Positions 10,861 to 21,444 of a stretch of DNA of 64,000 nucleotides are shown piece by piece (position 1 is the stretch's first letter; each line of letters starts with the position of its first letter). The notes beneath the pieces are model-generated. The model saw only the letters and a list, made by a program, of their open reading frames with translations. It was not told where the DNA came from and ran no database searches. Both the position numbers and the translations under genes were made by a program. The DNA is from an uncultured delta proteobacterium. Its GTDB lineage: Bacteria > Desulfobacterota > Desulfobacteria > Desulfobacterales > JAFDCJ01. The stretch is taken from NCBI GenBank assembly GCA_963769935.1, contig CAVYNY010000030.1, forward strand, positions 64,001 to 128,000, written 5' to 3'.

Positions 10861-11034
10861 TGAGTCCCCTGCCAGATGTCAGACAAACAATGACACAAGT
10901 ATTCTGAAAATTCCTACACGATAATCAGACGGCGGCCGATAGAAAATGGCCGAAGGCCGCCTTACCATATGCTCAAACAGGAGCTGCCGGTTCGGAAGTG
11001 CGGGGTCGTGCCGAGCGATGCGATTTCAGATCGG

Positions 11035-11086
11035 GCGAATCCAAGTTTGGTAGAGTCGCGCAAGGCTCTAACTTGGCGGATTCGCA
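11035..11086. other. Interrupted stem-loop upstream of the small secreted-protein gene
   Basis: Complementary pairs GCGAATCC/GGATTCGC, CCAAGTT/AACTTGG and TAGAG/CTCTA. Confidence 0.45.
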
Positions 11087-11168
11087 GTCTAGGGCGACAT
11101 CCGTGACGCCGACGGGCGGGCGAACAACAAAATGTGTGAGAGCAATAATTATTGCAAAGGAGAAAGTC

Positions 11169-11567
11169 ATGAAAAAAGTATCTTTATTCGGAGCGGTTTG
11201 TATGTCTGTGCTCATGGCCGTATTCATGGTTGCCACCGGGGCAACGGCATCCGGCAATATGGGCAAAATGTCAGCGAAAACATATCAGGCCGAGCACGCT
11301 GCCGACATGAAGGCCCAGAAGATGGGTGAGATTTTCAGCATGGCGGGAACGGTGAAAGCGGTAGATCCTGAGTACAACACCGCAGTAGTCGAATGTCCGC
11401 TGAGTGGGCAGATGTTTACGGTGGCCGGGCCGCTCGCCCCGAAGGCCGACCTGCTGATCGGAGGCAAGACTGCTCAGCTGAAAAATTTCACCCAAGGCGA
11501 GCATGTCAATGTGAAATGGCAAGCGACCGAGAATGGACATTTGATTCTCAGGCTTGCGGCGAAATGA
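11169..11567 (+). CDS. Small exported protein, possible OB-fold (CusF/DUF5666-like)
   Basis: GGAG RBS, signal peptide MKKVSLFGAVC..., beta-rich GTVKAVD...LKNFTQGEHVNVKW. Confidence 0.6.
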   Translation: MKKVSLFGAVCMSVLMAVFMVATGATASGNMGKMSAKTYQAEHAADMKAQKMGEIFSMAGTVKAVDPEYNTAVVECPLSGQMFTVAGPLAPKADLLIGGKTAQLKNFTQGEHVNVKWQATENGHLILRLAAK

Positions 11568-11595
11568 TCGCCGAAGGACAAGCTGTTCCGGTCTA

Positions 11596-11628
11596 GGGGT
11601 CTATCCTGAAAAAAAGAGGGTAGACTCC
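11596..11628 (+). terminator. Hairpin after the 11169..11567 gene
   Basis: GGGGTCTATCCT...AGGGTAGACTCC inverted repeat; no strong U-tract. Confidence 0.4.
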
Positions 11629-11640
11629 TCAAATTTGGAT

Positions 11641-11678
11641 CTGACAATAATGGCGCCGCGAAGCGCCATTATTTCAGG
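11641..11678. repeat. REP-like palindrome
   Basis: CTGACAATAATGGCGC-CGCGAA-GCGCCATTATTTCAG. Confidence 0.55.
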
Positions 11679-11717
11679 TTTCATCAACACCGCTGGACAC
11701 CGAAGGCAAACAGTTTA

Positions 11718-12155
11718 GTGGCGTATGTTTGCATCTTGAATTTTAAGGACCGCTGGCAGAGCAAGGGCTTCATGTGGGAAGATCAGCCGGTGCTCGCGCA
11801 CGGCGACGTGACGCCCACCAACATCTTGTTCGGCGATGAACTCTGGGTGATCGCCGTCGATTTGGAGCGAATGAAATTGGGCGACCGGGTTTTTGACTTG
11901 GGCAGGCTGACCGGTGAGATCAAACATTTTTTTATGCAGTATGCCGGCAAGAAAGACTTGGCAGAACCTTACATCGGCCACTTCCTCTGGGAATACGCCG
12001 GTCATTTCCAAGATCAGCGCGGCACTTTTGCCGCCGTTACCCGCCGCCTGCCCTATTATATGGGACTCAACCTGTTGCGGATCGCCCGCAATCCATGGTT
12101 TGATACCGGCTACCGGCGCCGATTGCTTAAGGAAGCCAAGCTGACCTTGCGGTAG
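11718..12155 (+). pseudogene. C-terminal half of an aminoglycoside-phosphotransferase/choline-kinase family protein (5'-truncated)
   Basis: Catalytic HGDVTPTNILF and VDLE motifs start at about residue 28; the N-lobe is absent and there is no clear RBS. Confidence 0.65.
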
Positions 12156-12248
12156 TGAAGCATCCCAGCCTAGAAAGCCAGGATTTCACTTGACTCCAGA
12201 CGGCTTGCCTTGGACGTCAGAAAACCCATGGAATAATGGAATAAATAT

Positions 12249-12977
12249 ATGCGGATAAAAGGCATTCTTTTTGATCTGTACGGGACGCTCATCGATATCG
12301 AGACCGACGAATCCTTGGATAAGATTTACCGGGGCATCAGCCGCTTTTTGATCTATCAGGGAATAAACCTGCGCTGGCAAAATCTCCGCGACCTTTACTA
12401 CGCGATCATGCAGGAGCAGCGGCAAGCCAGCAGCGAGCAGCATCCGGAAATAGACGTTGAGGCAATCTGGGATGCGCTGCTTGCCCGGCAGGGTCTGGCC
12501 TCCGAAGCCAAGCGGCGCGGCCTGAAAAGGTATTTGGCCCAGCTTTACCGCGGGCTGTCTCTCAAGCGCCTGAAACGCTTCGCGTATGTAAAGCGCGTAT
12601 TGAATACCCTCCGGCGCCCTTATCGCATGGCGATTGTCTCCGATGCCCAACCCTGCTTTGCGGGGGCCGAAATCCGGACGGTAAAGCTGGAAGGCTATTT
12701 CGATCCGCTCATCATATCGGCCAACTGCGGGTTTCGAAAACCGGATCCGCGTATGATCCGACTGGCATTGGATAAGATCAGGTTGACACCGGGCGAAGTG
12801 ATCTTCGTCGGCAACGATATGTATCGCGATATTTACTGTGCCCAACAACTGGGAATAAAAACCGTTTTTTTCGCTTCCACCTCGGGCGCTCAATCCTACG
12901 AGGAGGTTGTCCCGGACTTCCGCATTGCCCAATTCAAGGATTTGCTGCCGGCGGTGAAAGCCCTGGCGCAGGATTGA
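12249..12977 (+). CDS. HAD-superfamily hydrolase (subfamily IA)
   Basis: LFDLYGTLID, IVSDA, RKPDPR, FVGNDMYRDI. Confidence 0.88.
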   Translation: MRIKGILFDLYGTLIDIETDESLDKIYRGISRFLIYQGINLRWQNLRDLYYAIMQEQRQASSEQHPEIDVEAIWDALLARQGLASEAKRRGLKRYLAQLYRGLSLKRLKRFAYVKRVLNTLRRPYRMAIVSDAQPCFAGAEIRTVKLEGYFDPLIISANCGFRKPDPRMIRLALDKIRLTPGEVIFVGNDMYRDIYCAQQLGIKTVFFASTSGAQSYEEVVPDFRIAQFKDLLPAVKALAQD

Positions 12978-13184
12978 ATTTATTTTGGCAGCCGATAAGT
13001 ACCATCCAGCCTGGATACCATATTGCCATAGCGTTCCAGGAGATCCGAACAGGCTTTTTCAAACTCCGCTTCGGTTAATTCACCCTTCTTATGCAAAGCT
13101 TCAATTGCCGAATATTCATTTTCATACCATCGTTCTGGATCAAAGTTATAGGTCATCGACGATAATCCTTTGGGGAATCAGCCA

Positions 13185-14180
13185 TTAATTTGAGGAAAAC
13201 GCTTCGTCGAATACCCGGTTTGACGGCTTGAAATCGATCTGCTTCACGAACGCCGCAGCTTCGCTGGCGCCGATTTCGCGATCCATGGCCGCGTCTTCCC
13301 ACTCCACGGAGAGTGGGCCGTCATACTTAAGGATATTCAAGGCTCGGATGATCTCTTCAAAGTCGATCTGCCCGCGTCCCAGGGAACGGAAGTCCCATCC
13401 CCGCCCCGGTTCGCCGAAATTCAAGTAGCTGCCGAGGATCCCCGAGGTGCCGTCCAGAGAAACAATGGCATCCTTCATGTGCACATGGTAGATCCGGTCC
13501 GGAAAAGCCTTGAGAAATTTTACGGGATCCACTCCCTGCCATTCAAGGTGGCTGGGATCGAAGTTGAACCCGAACGCCTCCCTGCGGCCGATGGCCTCGA
13601 GGGTCCTCTGCGCAGTGATGAGGTCAAAGGCGATCTCGGTGGGATGCACCTCGAGGGCGAATTTGACGCCGTTTTCATCAAAGACGTCCAGAATCGGGTT
13701 CCACATATCCGCAAAGTATCTAAACCCCTCTTCGATTTGATCTTTGCTGACCGGCGGAAAAGAGTAGATAAGATGCCATATGGAAGAACCGGTAAAGCCG
13801 TTGACAACCTTCAATCCCATGTTTCTGGCTGCGACGGCGGTCTGTTTCATGGTTTCCACCGCCCAGGCTCTTTTCTTTTCCGGGTCTCCGGCACAGTCTG
13901 CCGGCGCAAAGCCGTCGGAACGGGCATCGTTGTTGAGATCGCATACCAGCTGTCCGGCAAGGTGATGCGATATGGAATAGACGCTCAGATTGTTTTCTTT
14001 GAGGATATTTTTCTGCCCTTCACAATAAGCCGGATCGGCGGCTCCTCTGGCCGGATCGAAATGATCGCCCCAGCAGGCGAGTTCCAGCCCGTCATATCCC
14101 CACTCACTGGCCTTTTTTGCCAGTTCGGTTAATGGCAGGTCGGCAAATTGTCCGGTAAAAAGTGTTACGGGTCGTGCCAT
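13185..14180 (-). CDS. Sugar phosphate isomerase/epimerase family (AP_endonuc_2 TIM barrel)
   Basis: MARPVTLFTGQFADLP, ALEVHP, NFDPSH, HVHMKD, SVEWED metal ligands. Confidence 0.9.
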   Translation of the reverse strand: MARPVTLFTGQFADLPLTELAKKASEWGYDGLELACWGDHFDPARGAADPAYCEGQKNILKENNLSVYSISHHLAGQLVCDLNNDARSDGFAPADCAGDPEKKRAWAVETMKQTAVAARNMGLKVVNGFTGSSIWHLIYSFPPVSKDQIEEGFRYFADMWNPILDVFDENGVKFALEVHPTEIAFDLITAQRTLEAIGRREAFGFNFDPSHLEWQGVDPVKFLKAFPDRIYHVHMKDAIVSLDGTSGILGSYLNFGEPGRGWDFRSLGRGQIDFEEIIRALNILKYDGPLSVEWEDAAMDREIGASEAAAFVKQIDFKPSNRVFDEAFSSN

Positions 14181-14230
14181 GATTTACCTCCTTAGTTCAA
14201 AATGGATAACGATATGGAATATTCAAGCCT

Positions 14231-15397
14231 CTAATTGTAGCGCTTCATGGGGTACCACTTCTGATCGCTTTTGCCGCTTTCCACGGCCGATTCAATAAAT
14301 GCAAGCCCTCGGGCACCATCAATTACCGTTGGAAAATCAAGCTCAAGCGCTGTGGGCTGCCTACCCTCCAGCTTGGCCCGGATCGTATCGGTAACATTCA
14401 TATAGATGTTGGCAAAGGCCTCTATGAAGGCTTCGGGATGCCCGGCCGGCAGTCGGGTAGCCCGCCGGGCTGCTTCGCACAGGTACCCGTTGCCGCGGCG
14501 ATACAGCTGGGCCGGTCCTTCGTTGGTCCTGAACCATAGCTGGTTGGGCTCCTCCTGGTGCCACTCCAGCGCAGCCTTGACGCCGTAAACCCGAATGCGG
14601 AGGTTGTTTTCTTCTCCAGCCGAAAACTGGGAGGCGTAAAGAATTCCACAAGCGCCATTCTCGAAATGGAGCAGAATATTGCCATCGTTATCCAGGGGAC
14701 GCTCAAAAATACTCTTCAGGTCGGCACAGATCTCTGTCAGCTCCAGGCCCGTGATATAATGGGCGAGGTTGTGACAGTGGGATCCGATGTCTCCCATACA
14801 ATTGGAAACACCCGACTGCTTGGGATCGGTCCGCCAGGCGGCCTGTTTCTGCCCCTCCTGTTCGATCGGCGCGAGAAGCCAACCCTGGGGATACTCGACA
14901 ACAATTTTCAGAATTTCACCCAATTCACCGTTTTGCACCATATGGCGGGCCTGCTTTACCATGGGGTAACCGGTGTAGTTATGGGTCAGGGCAAATACGA
15001 TGCCCGACTGTTCGACCACGTCAACCAGTTGCTTGGCTTCTGCCAGGGAGTAGGTCATAGGTTTGTCGCAGATGATATGGATGCCTGAATCGGCAAAAAT
15101 CTTGGCAACCGGGAAGTGCATCTTGTTGGGGGTTACAATGGATACAAAATCGATCCGCTCACCCGGCGGCATTTTTGATTCAGCCTCGGCCATCTCGGAA
15201 TAGGTCCCATAAGATCGCTCTGCGGGCAGCAGCAGTTCCCGCGCCGATGCTGCCGCCTTTGCCGGATCGGAAGAGAGGGCCCCTGCAACCAGTTCAACCT
15301 TACCGTCCAGCAATGCAGCCCGGCGGTGAACCGCACCGATGAAAGCGTCCTTTCCACCTCCGACCATGCCCATTTTCAATTTACGTTCCAGTGTCAT
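14231..15397 (-). CDS. Gfo/Idh/MocA family NAD(P)-dependent oxidoreductase
   Basis: [35 protein letters not shown]. Confidence 0.92.
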   Translation of the reverse strand: MTLERKLKMGMVGGGKDAFIGAVHRRAALLDGKVELVAGALSSDPAKAAASARELLLPAERSYGTYSEMAEAESKMPPGERIDFVSIVTPNKMHFPVAKIFADSGIHIICDKPMTYSLAEAKQLVDVVEQSGIVFALTHNYTGYPMVKQARHMVQNGELGEILKIVVEYPQGWLLAPIEQEGQKQAAWRTDPKQSGVSNCMGDIGSHCHNLAHYITGLELTEICADLKSIFERPLDNDGNILLHFENGACGILYASQFSAGEENNLRIRVYGVKAALEWHQEEPNQLWFRTNEGPAQLYRRGNGYLCEAARRATRLPAGHPEAFIEAFANIYMNVTDTIRAKLEGRQPTALELDFPTVIDGARGLAFIESAVESGKSDQKWYPMKRYN

Positions 15398-15497
15398 GGT
15401 GTCTCCTTTTAAAATTCCTAGAGATTAATTTTCTCTGTTCTGGTTGTTGATTTTCTATAATTTGCTGAAGCAAAAATGACTACATCGGCATGAAAAT

Positions 15498-15520
15498 ATT
15501 AATTTAAACATTGAATCAAA
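15498..15520. promoter_or_regulatory. Putative ROK (XylR/NagC-type) operator 1
   Basis: ATTAATT-TAAACATTG-AATCAAA (7-9-7) in the divergent promoter region. Confidence 0.55.
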
Positions 15521-15683
15521 TCTCGCAAATTAACTTGCACCAGCCCCCATATTTTGTCAAGATGAATCTATTCCAAGAAATTTCATTGTAATTGAAATTA
15601 AAATATTATATATTTTTTCAACATGTTATATTGCTTTTCAGCAGTCATGGCGCTATGGTGCCGCCGCCAGTACCCGACTGTGA

Positions 15684-15706
15684 ATTAATTTAAACTTAAA
15701 AATAAT
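15684..15706. promoter_or_regulatory. Putative ROK operator 2 (autoregulation)
   Basis: ATTAATT-TAAACTTAA-AAATAAT just upstream of the ROK gene start. Confidence 0.55.
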
Positions 15707-15721
15707 GATGGACGAACAAAT

Positions 15722-16936
15722 ATGCAGGCCGCGAATCGTGAAATTACCAAAGCCATCAACCAGTTCAATATTCTGAACACCATCCGCAAGTCAGGCCTGA
15801 TCTCCCGGATTGAGATCGCCCAACTGACAGGCCAGAGCAGGGCGGCGGTGACCAATGTGACGGCCCACCTTATTAGAGAGGGTACGATCCTGGAAAAACA
15901 GACGAAACCCTCTGGTTCGAGGGGGCGCCGCCGGGTGATGCTGGCATTGAATCCCTCGGCCGCCTACGTGGTCGGCGTTAAGCTTTCCGCTTTCCAACTC
16001 AGCTTTGCGGTCACCAACATGCAGGCTGATGTTATCTCCTCGCTGACTGTGCCCGTTAGAATAGGGAAACGCTCCGCTGAATTCGTGACTGATCTGATGG
16101 AAGAAGGAATTCGCCATTGTGTCGCCAAAGCGAAACTCGGGATGAAGATGATTGCAGGCATCGGCGTCGGCATACCGGGTTTTGTGGACAGCCAGAAGGG
16201 CATTACGTATTGGTCACCGCTTTACAGTCAGGGCAACGCCTACTTGAAGGACATGATTCAGGGCCGTTTTAAAATTCCGACGTATATTGAAAACGATGCC
16301 AATACGGTTACCCTTGCCGAGCAGTGGTTCGGTGAAGGCATGGGCGTCGACAATTTTCTCGTGGTAACGGTTGAGCATGGTGTCGGCATGGGAATTGTGG
16401 TAAACGGGCAAATCTACCGCGGAGAGCGGGGAATCGGCGCCGAATTCGGACATCTTGTGATCCGGCCCGGCGGGGAGCCCTGCCGCTGCGGGAAACGGGG
16501 ATGCATCGAGTCTTATGTGGCCGATTACAAGGTGCTCGAAGCGGGTATCAAAGCTGCTGAAGACGGACTCTGGAAATATGAAGACATTTCGTCCCTGACC
16601 ATAGAAGATCTGACCGCGATCGCCGCCAAGGGAGAGCCCGTGCTCAAAGAAATTTTCAAGCGCAGCGGCGAAATATTGGGGCTGGGAATTTCGGGCTTGA
16701 TACAGCTATTCAATCCCAAAAAAATAATTATTGCCGGTGAGGGCGTGCGCGCCGGAAGCCTTTTGTTTAAGTCGATGCACAAAACCATTGCAACTAACAC
16801 CAGCAAAGAGCTCCTTGCGTCCCTGGAAATCATCATTCAAAAGTGGCAGGATACCGATTGGGCCAGAGGGGCCGCCAGCCTTGTTCTGCAAGAACTCTAC
16901 AAATCACCCTTCAACAGCCTCAGACCGATCATCTGA
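15722..16936 (+). CDS. ROK family transcriptional repressor (XylR/NagC-like)
   Basis: N-terminal HTH (ISRIEIAQLTGQSRAAVT), IENDAN, GAEFGH, CRCGKRGCIE zinc motif. Confidence 0.92.
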   Translation: MQAANREITKAINQFNILNTIRKSGLISRIEIAQLTGQSRAAVTNVTAHLIREGTILEKQTKPSGSRGRRRVMLALNPSAAYVVGVKLSAFQLSFAVTNMQADVISSLTVPVRIGKRSAEFVTDLMEEGIRHCVAKAKLGMKMIAGIGVGIPGFVDSQKGITYWSPLYSQGNAYLKDMIQGRFKIPTYIENDANTVTLAEQWFGEGMGVDNFLVVTVEHGVGMGIVVNGQIYRGERGIGAEFGHLVIRPGGEPCRCGKRGCIESYVADYKVLEAGIKAAEDGLWKYEDISSLTIEDLTAIAAKGEPVLKEIFKRSGEILGLGISGLIQLFNPKKIIIAGEGVRAGSLLFKSMHKTIATNTSKELLASLEIIIQKWQDTDWARGAASLVLQELYKSPFNSLRPII

Positions 16937-17033
16937 CAATTACTCCAAAATTGAAAGCCTAATCTCCTCTGGGGTGAAGTCAAATCCTGGCCCTCTGGGT
17001 CAGGATTCTTTACTGATCATGGTTGCGCAAGTT

Positions 17034-18344
17034 TTATACATACGCAGCCAAAATGCTTTCCAGCATTTCCTGGCGACCGCTTTGAAGTGCGGGTTCACCT
17101 TTATCAAGGATATACTGCTCCAGAGTTTCAAAGGAGGCTGCTCCCGATAATATGTCATGGCCGAGACCAAGGTCATAGCTGGCGTAACGACGCCGGACAA
17201 AATCATCCAGGATGCCGTCTTCAATTATCTTCTGAGCAGATAGAAGGCCCCGCGCAAACGTATCCATACCGCTAATGTGGGCATAAAACAAATCCATCTC
17301 GTCACAGGAACCGCGCCTTGGTTTGGCATCAAAATTCAGCCCGCCGCTCCCCAGCCCGCCGATCTTGAGAACTACCAGCATGGCGCGCGTGCTGGCCAAA
17401 GGGTCGGTGGGGTACTGGTCGGTATCCCAGCCCAGCAAGGGATCGCCCACGTTGGCATCGATGCTGCCCAACTTGCCGTTGATGGCCGCAACGGTCAGGT
17501 CGTGTTCAAATGAATGCCCGGCCAGAGTGGCGTGATTGGCTTCGATATTGAGCTTGAAATGATCCAGCAGATCATATTTTCTCAAGAAACCCAGTACCGT
17601 AGCCGCATCGAAGTCGTACTGGTGCTTGGTGGGCTCTTTCGGTTTGGGTTCGATCAGAAATGGTCCTTGGAACCCGATGGAACGGGCATAGTCCACGGCC
17701 ATGTGAAAAAAACGTGCCATTTGTTCCTCTTCGCGCTCCATGTCCGTGTTGAGAAGTGTTTCGTAGCCTTCGCGGCCTCCCCAGAATACATAATTGGCGC
17801 CCCCGAGTTCCTTGGTGGCGGCAATGGCATGTTTAACCTGGGCCGCGGCATAGGCAAACACATGCGCATCCGGGTTGGTTGCCGCCCCGTGGGTGTATCG
17901 CGGGTTGCCGAAAAGATTAGCCGTACCCCACAGCAATCGGATGCCGGTTTCAGACTGCAGGACTGAAGCCTTCTGCACCATCTTTTCAAGGTTTCTACAG
18001 GATTCGGCCAAGCTTTCACCCTCAGGAGCCATGTCCCGGTCATGGAAACAATAGAAAGGCGCTCCCAGTTTCCGGGTAAACTCGAAGGCCGCATGCAGGG
18101 TATGTTCGGCCTTTTCCATGGGGGTTTTGCTCTGTGCCCAAGGCCGGACAAAAACCGGATCCCCAAAGGGGTCGCTGCCGCTGGATTTAAACGTGTGCCA
18201 ATAAGCAACTGAAAAGCGAAGGTGCTCTGCCATGGTTTTTCCGGCTACAATCTGCTCTGGATTATAGTACTTAAAGGCCAGTGGTTCCTTCGAGGCCTTG
18301 CCCTGAAAGGGTATTTTATCCTTGATTTGCGGAAAATATTCCAT
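17034..18344 (-). CDS. xylA: Xylose isomerase, class II
   Basis: [60 protein letters not shown] before MEYFPQIK. Confidence 0.96.
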   Translation of the reverse strand: MEYFPQIKDKIPFQGKASKEPLAFKYYNPEQIVAGKTMAEHLRFSVAYWHTFKSSGSDPFGDPVFVRPWAQSKTPMEKAEHTLHAAFEFTRKLGAPFYCFHDRDMAPEGESLAESCRNLEKMVQKASVLQSETGIRLLWGTANLFGNPRYTHGAATNPDAHVFAYAAAQVKHAIAATKELGGANYVFWGGREGYETLLNTDMEREEEQMARFFHMAVDYARSIGFQGPFLIEPKPKEPTKHQYDFDAATVLGFLRKYDLLDHFKLNIEANHATLAGHSFEHDLTVAAINGKLGSIDANVGDPLLGWDTDQYPTDPLASTRAMLVVLKIGGLGSGGLNFDAKPRRGSCDEMDLFYAHISGMDTFARGLLSAQKIIEDGILDDFVRRRYASYDLGLGHDILSGAASFETLEQYILDKGEPALQSGRQEMLESILAAYV

Positions 18345-18425
18345 TTTTATTCCTCCTTTTCGCGGAAGTGGCAACGCGGCCCTCCACACCCGGCAAGGTG
18401 CGAGAGCGGTCCGCCCGGCCAATCA

Positions 18426-18448
18426 ATTAATTCAGAAAATAAATTAAT
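18426..18448. promoter_or_regulatory. Putative ROK operator 3 upstream of xylA
   Basis: Perfect arms ATTAATT-CAGAAAATA-AATTAAT. Confidence 0.65.
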
Positions 18449-18933
18449 CTAATCCGGCAACTCGTATTATACGGGCTTGTCGCCCGCGCATTGATCAAAA
18501 TTAAACATTAAATTTCAGGTAGTTAAAATAAAAGAGCCCTAAGCACCCTCTGGCCATGCAAGGTCTTGCTCGATCTTCTATCAGGAACACACCGGCCAGA
18601 CAAGCGAAATATCGGATTCCACGGACTATAAATATTCAAACCTGTTTTTGGATATTATATATTATGCAATAATATCAGAATGATATCTATCATAATCGTT
18701 GGACGGTATGTGCCGAAAAAATAAATTTTTGTAAAAAATTAATCCTTGATTTAGATATCAAAATCTGTCAGTTTGTATTCACTCTTTCCTGTGATATCGT
18801 GCGCAGGGCAACCAGGCGATGCGGGCACGGTACAATGCCCGTGAGCCGAATCCGGTCCCATCCCGGCACCTGCTTGCAACGCCGAGCCTGGCGTCTCTTT
18901 TTGACAGTCAAATCGGCTATGGAACATCAAGCT

Positions 18934-20451
18934 ATGAGCGATCCGATACTGACCGCAACCTCCATTGTTAAGGAATTTTCAGGGGTCCGGGTATTGAACG
19001 ACATCAACCTGGAAATTTCCGGCGGAGAGGTGTTCGGGATCATCGGCGAAAACGGGGCCGGCAAATCCACACTGATTAAAATTTTCAGCGGCATTTACCA
19101 AGCTACCTCGGGTGACCTTTTTCTGGAGGGACAAAAGATCGACGTCAAAAACCCTATCATGGCCAAAAAGCTTGGGATCAGCACCGTGCCGCAAGAGTTT
19201 AATCTGATCGGCCCCCTCAGCGTGTTTGAAAATATATTCCTGGGCAGTGAAATCAGAAAGTACCTGCTGCTGGACAAAGCCGCCATGAAACGCCGGACCG
19301 TTCAGCTGCTGCAGGAGCTCAACAGTAAGATTTCACCCGACACGCTGGTGGACTCGCTCAGCGTGGCCGAAAAACAGATCGTAGAAATTGCGAAAGCACT
19401 GGTGCACGACTCCAAAATTCTCATTATGGATGAACCCACCACGGTTTTGACCAAAGACGAAACCGGTGTGCTCTTCGGCCGCCTGCGCCAGCTGAAACGC
19501 AAGGGTGTCTCCATCCTCTTCATATCCCACAAACTTAAGGAAATCAGGGAAATTTGCGATAGGGTCATGGTTTTACGTGACGGTCAGCAAATCAGCATCG
19601 ACAAAGCCGACCAGATAGATGAACACGAAATGGCCCACCGCATGGTGGGCCGGGAGCTCACGCAGATCTTTCCGAAGAAAACATTGGCTCAGGATGAACC
19701 TGCGCTTGAGATAAAGGGCCTTGAGGTGGCCGATTCCGTGCATGGGGTTCATTTTTCCTTGGCCAGAGGCGAGGTGCTGGGCATGGCCGGCCTGCGGGGG
19801 TCCGGTCAGACCGAACTGGCAGAGGCCATCATGGGAATCACAAGGATGAAAGCCGGCGAGGTATTGGTGCACGGCAAACCTGTCGCCATTCGATCTCCCC
19901 GCCATGCGGTTCAAGAAAAAATCGCCTATCTTTCAGACGACCGCCAGGGGAAGGGCATCATCGTCAATTTCGATGTTCCCAGCAACATTACCTTGATTTC
20001 CCTGAAAAACTATTCCAGGATACTGATCAACAAGCGCAAAGAGTACCATAGTGCCCAAAACTACGTGAAAAAATTTAGTATCCGGGCGGCATCCCTGGCC
20101 TATGAACTGCAGTATCTGAGCGGCGGAAATCAACAGAAAGTCTATTTATCAAAATGGATGGACACCCGCCCCGAGGTGCTGATACTCAATGAACCCACCC
20201 GGGGGATCGACGTCAACGCCAAAAGCGAAATTTACCATTTTGTGCACTCCCTTGCAGAGAGCGGTATTGCCTGCCTGGTCATATCTTCCGAACTGGAGGA
20301 AGTTATCGGTTTGTGCTCGCGAGTTCTGGTCATGCGGGCCGGAAAAATTGCCGGTGAACTGACCGGTGATGAAATCAATGAAGAGACGATCATGCTATAC
20401 GCCACCGGACTCCAGGACACCGGAACTACAGACGGAATGACAATTCAATGA
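18934..20451 (+). CDS. Sugar (CUT2) ABC transporter ATP-binding protein, double domain
   Basis: GENGAGKST, IMDEPT, ISHKL, LSGGNQQKV, EPTRGIDV. Confidence 0.93.
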   Translation: MSDPILTATSIVKEFSGVRVLNDINLEISGGEVFGIIGENGAGKSTLIKIFSGIYQATSGDLFLEGQKIDVKNPIMAKKLGISTVPQEFNLIGPLSVFENIFLGSEIRKYLLLDKAAMKRRTVQLLQELNSKISPDTLVDSLSVAEKQIVEIAKALVHDSKILIMDEPTTVLTKDETGVLFGRLRQLKRKGVSILFISHKLKEIREICDRVMVLRDGQQISIDKADQIDEHEMAHRMVGRELTQIFPKKTLAQDEPALEIKGLEVADSVHGVHFSLARGEVLGMAGLRGSGQTELAEAIMGITRMKAGEVLVHGKPVAIRSPRHAVQEKIAYLSDDRQGKGIIVNFDVPSNITLISLKNYSRILINKRKEYHSAQNYVKKFSIRAASLAYELQYLSGGNQQKVYLSKWMDTRPEVLILNEPTRGIDVNAKSEIYHFVHSLAESGIACLVISSELEEVIGLCSRVLVMRAGKIAGELTGDEINEETIMLYATGLQDTGTTDGMTIQ

Positions 20452-21392
20452 AAAGAAAGTTCGATTTTGCCAAATATGCCCCGATTTTTGCCCTTGTTAT
20501 CCTGTTCATTATTTCATCATTGGCCAGCCCCTATTTCCTGAATTTTAAAAATATAACCAATATTTTGCGCCAATCGTCGTATACCGGCATCATCGCTCTG
20601 GGAATGACCTTCGTCATCATCTCGGGCGGAATCGACCTGTCGGTTGGATCTATGGTCGCACTTATCGGGGGCATTGTCATCCTGCTGCTCAATTACTTCG
20701 GCGGCGATCCCATGGCGATCGCCGGGGCCATTCTGGCCGGAATGTGCCTGGGCCTGATCGCCGGCGGGCTCAACGGACTTATCGTCACCAAAGGCAAGAT
20801 TGCACCCTTCATTGCCACATTGGGGACCATGTCCATTTTCAGGTCCCTGACTCTTTACATCAGCAACGCCGGTGAGTTCCGCTCAGCCAGCGATATATAT
20901 CCGGTCATCGGTTCCGGGTACTTTCTCAACCTGCCGATTCCGGTCTGGATATTTTTCGGTCTGGCTGTTGTCTTTCACATCCTCTTAAATAACACGCGCT
21001 ACGGCCGGTATGTCTGTGCCGTGGGAGCCAGCGAAAAGGTGGCTGTTTACTCGGCAATCAAAATTGATTGGGTCAAAATGATGACCTATGCCCTGACCGG
21101 GCTGTCCGTTGCCGTCACCTCCATCATGCTCTCATCGCGGTTGAACTCTGTCAGTTCATCCAATGCAGGTGTCTTTTACGAACTGGATGCCATTGCAGCG
21201 GTGGTTATCGGCGGGACCTCCCTGTCCGGAGGAATCGGTACGATCATGGGGACTGTGATCGGGGCTATTATTCTGGGCATGATCAACAATATGCTCAACA
21301 TGGTAGGCGTATCCCCTTACTTACAGGGTACTGTAAAGGGCTTGGTGATTATTTTTGCCGTTCTTGTTCAATACAAACGCAGGAACAATTAA
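20448..21392 (+). CDS. Sugar (CUT2) ABC permease, RbsC-like
   Basis: GGIDLSVGS, IAPFIATLG, YELDAIAAVVIGGTSLSGG. Confidence 0.93.
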   Translation: MKRKFDFAKYAPIFALVILFIISSLASPYFLNFKNITNILRQSSYTGIIALGMTFVIISGGIDLSVGSMVALIGGIVILLLNYFGGDPMAIAGAILAGMCLGLIAGGLNGLIVTKGKIAPFIATLGTMSIFRSLTLYISNAGEFRSASDIYPVIGSGYFLNLPIPVWIFFGLAVVFHILLNNTRYGRYVCAVGASEKVAVYSAIKIDWVKMMTYALTGLSVAVTSIMLSSRLNSVSSSNAGVFYELDAIAAVVIGGTSLSGGIGTIMGTVIGAIILGMINNMLNMVGVSPYLQGTVKGLVIIFAVLVQYKRRNN

Positions 21393-21444
21393 TTCATCCG
21401 GCGCAGGCCGGAAAATATGTAACCTAAACAAAGGAGGTAGGAAT

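Noticed and set aside
18863..18879. Sigma54 promoter CGGCACCTGCTTGCA
   Set aside because: GG-to-GC spacing is one base short of the invariant -24/-12 spacing.
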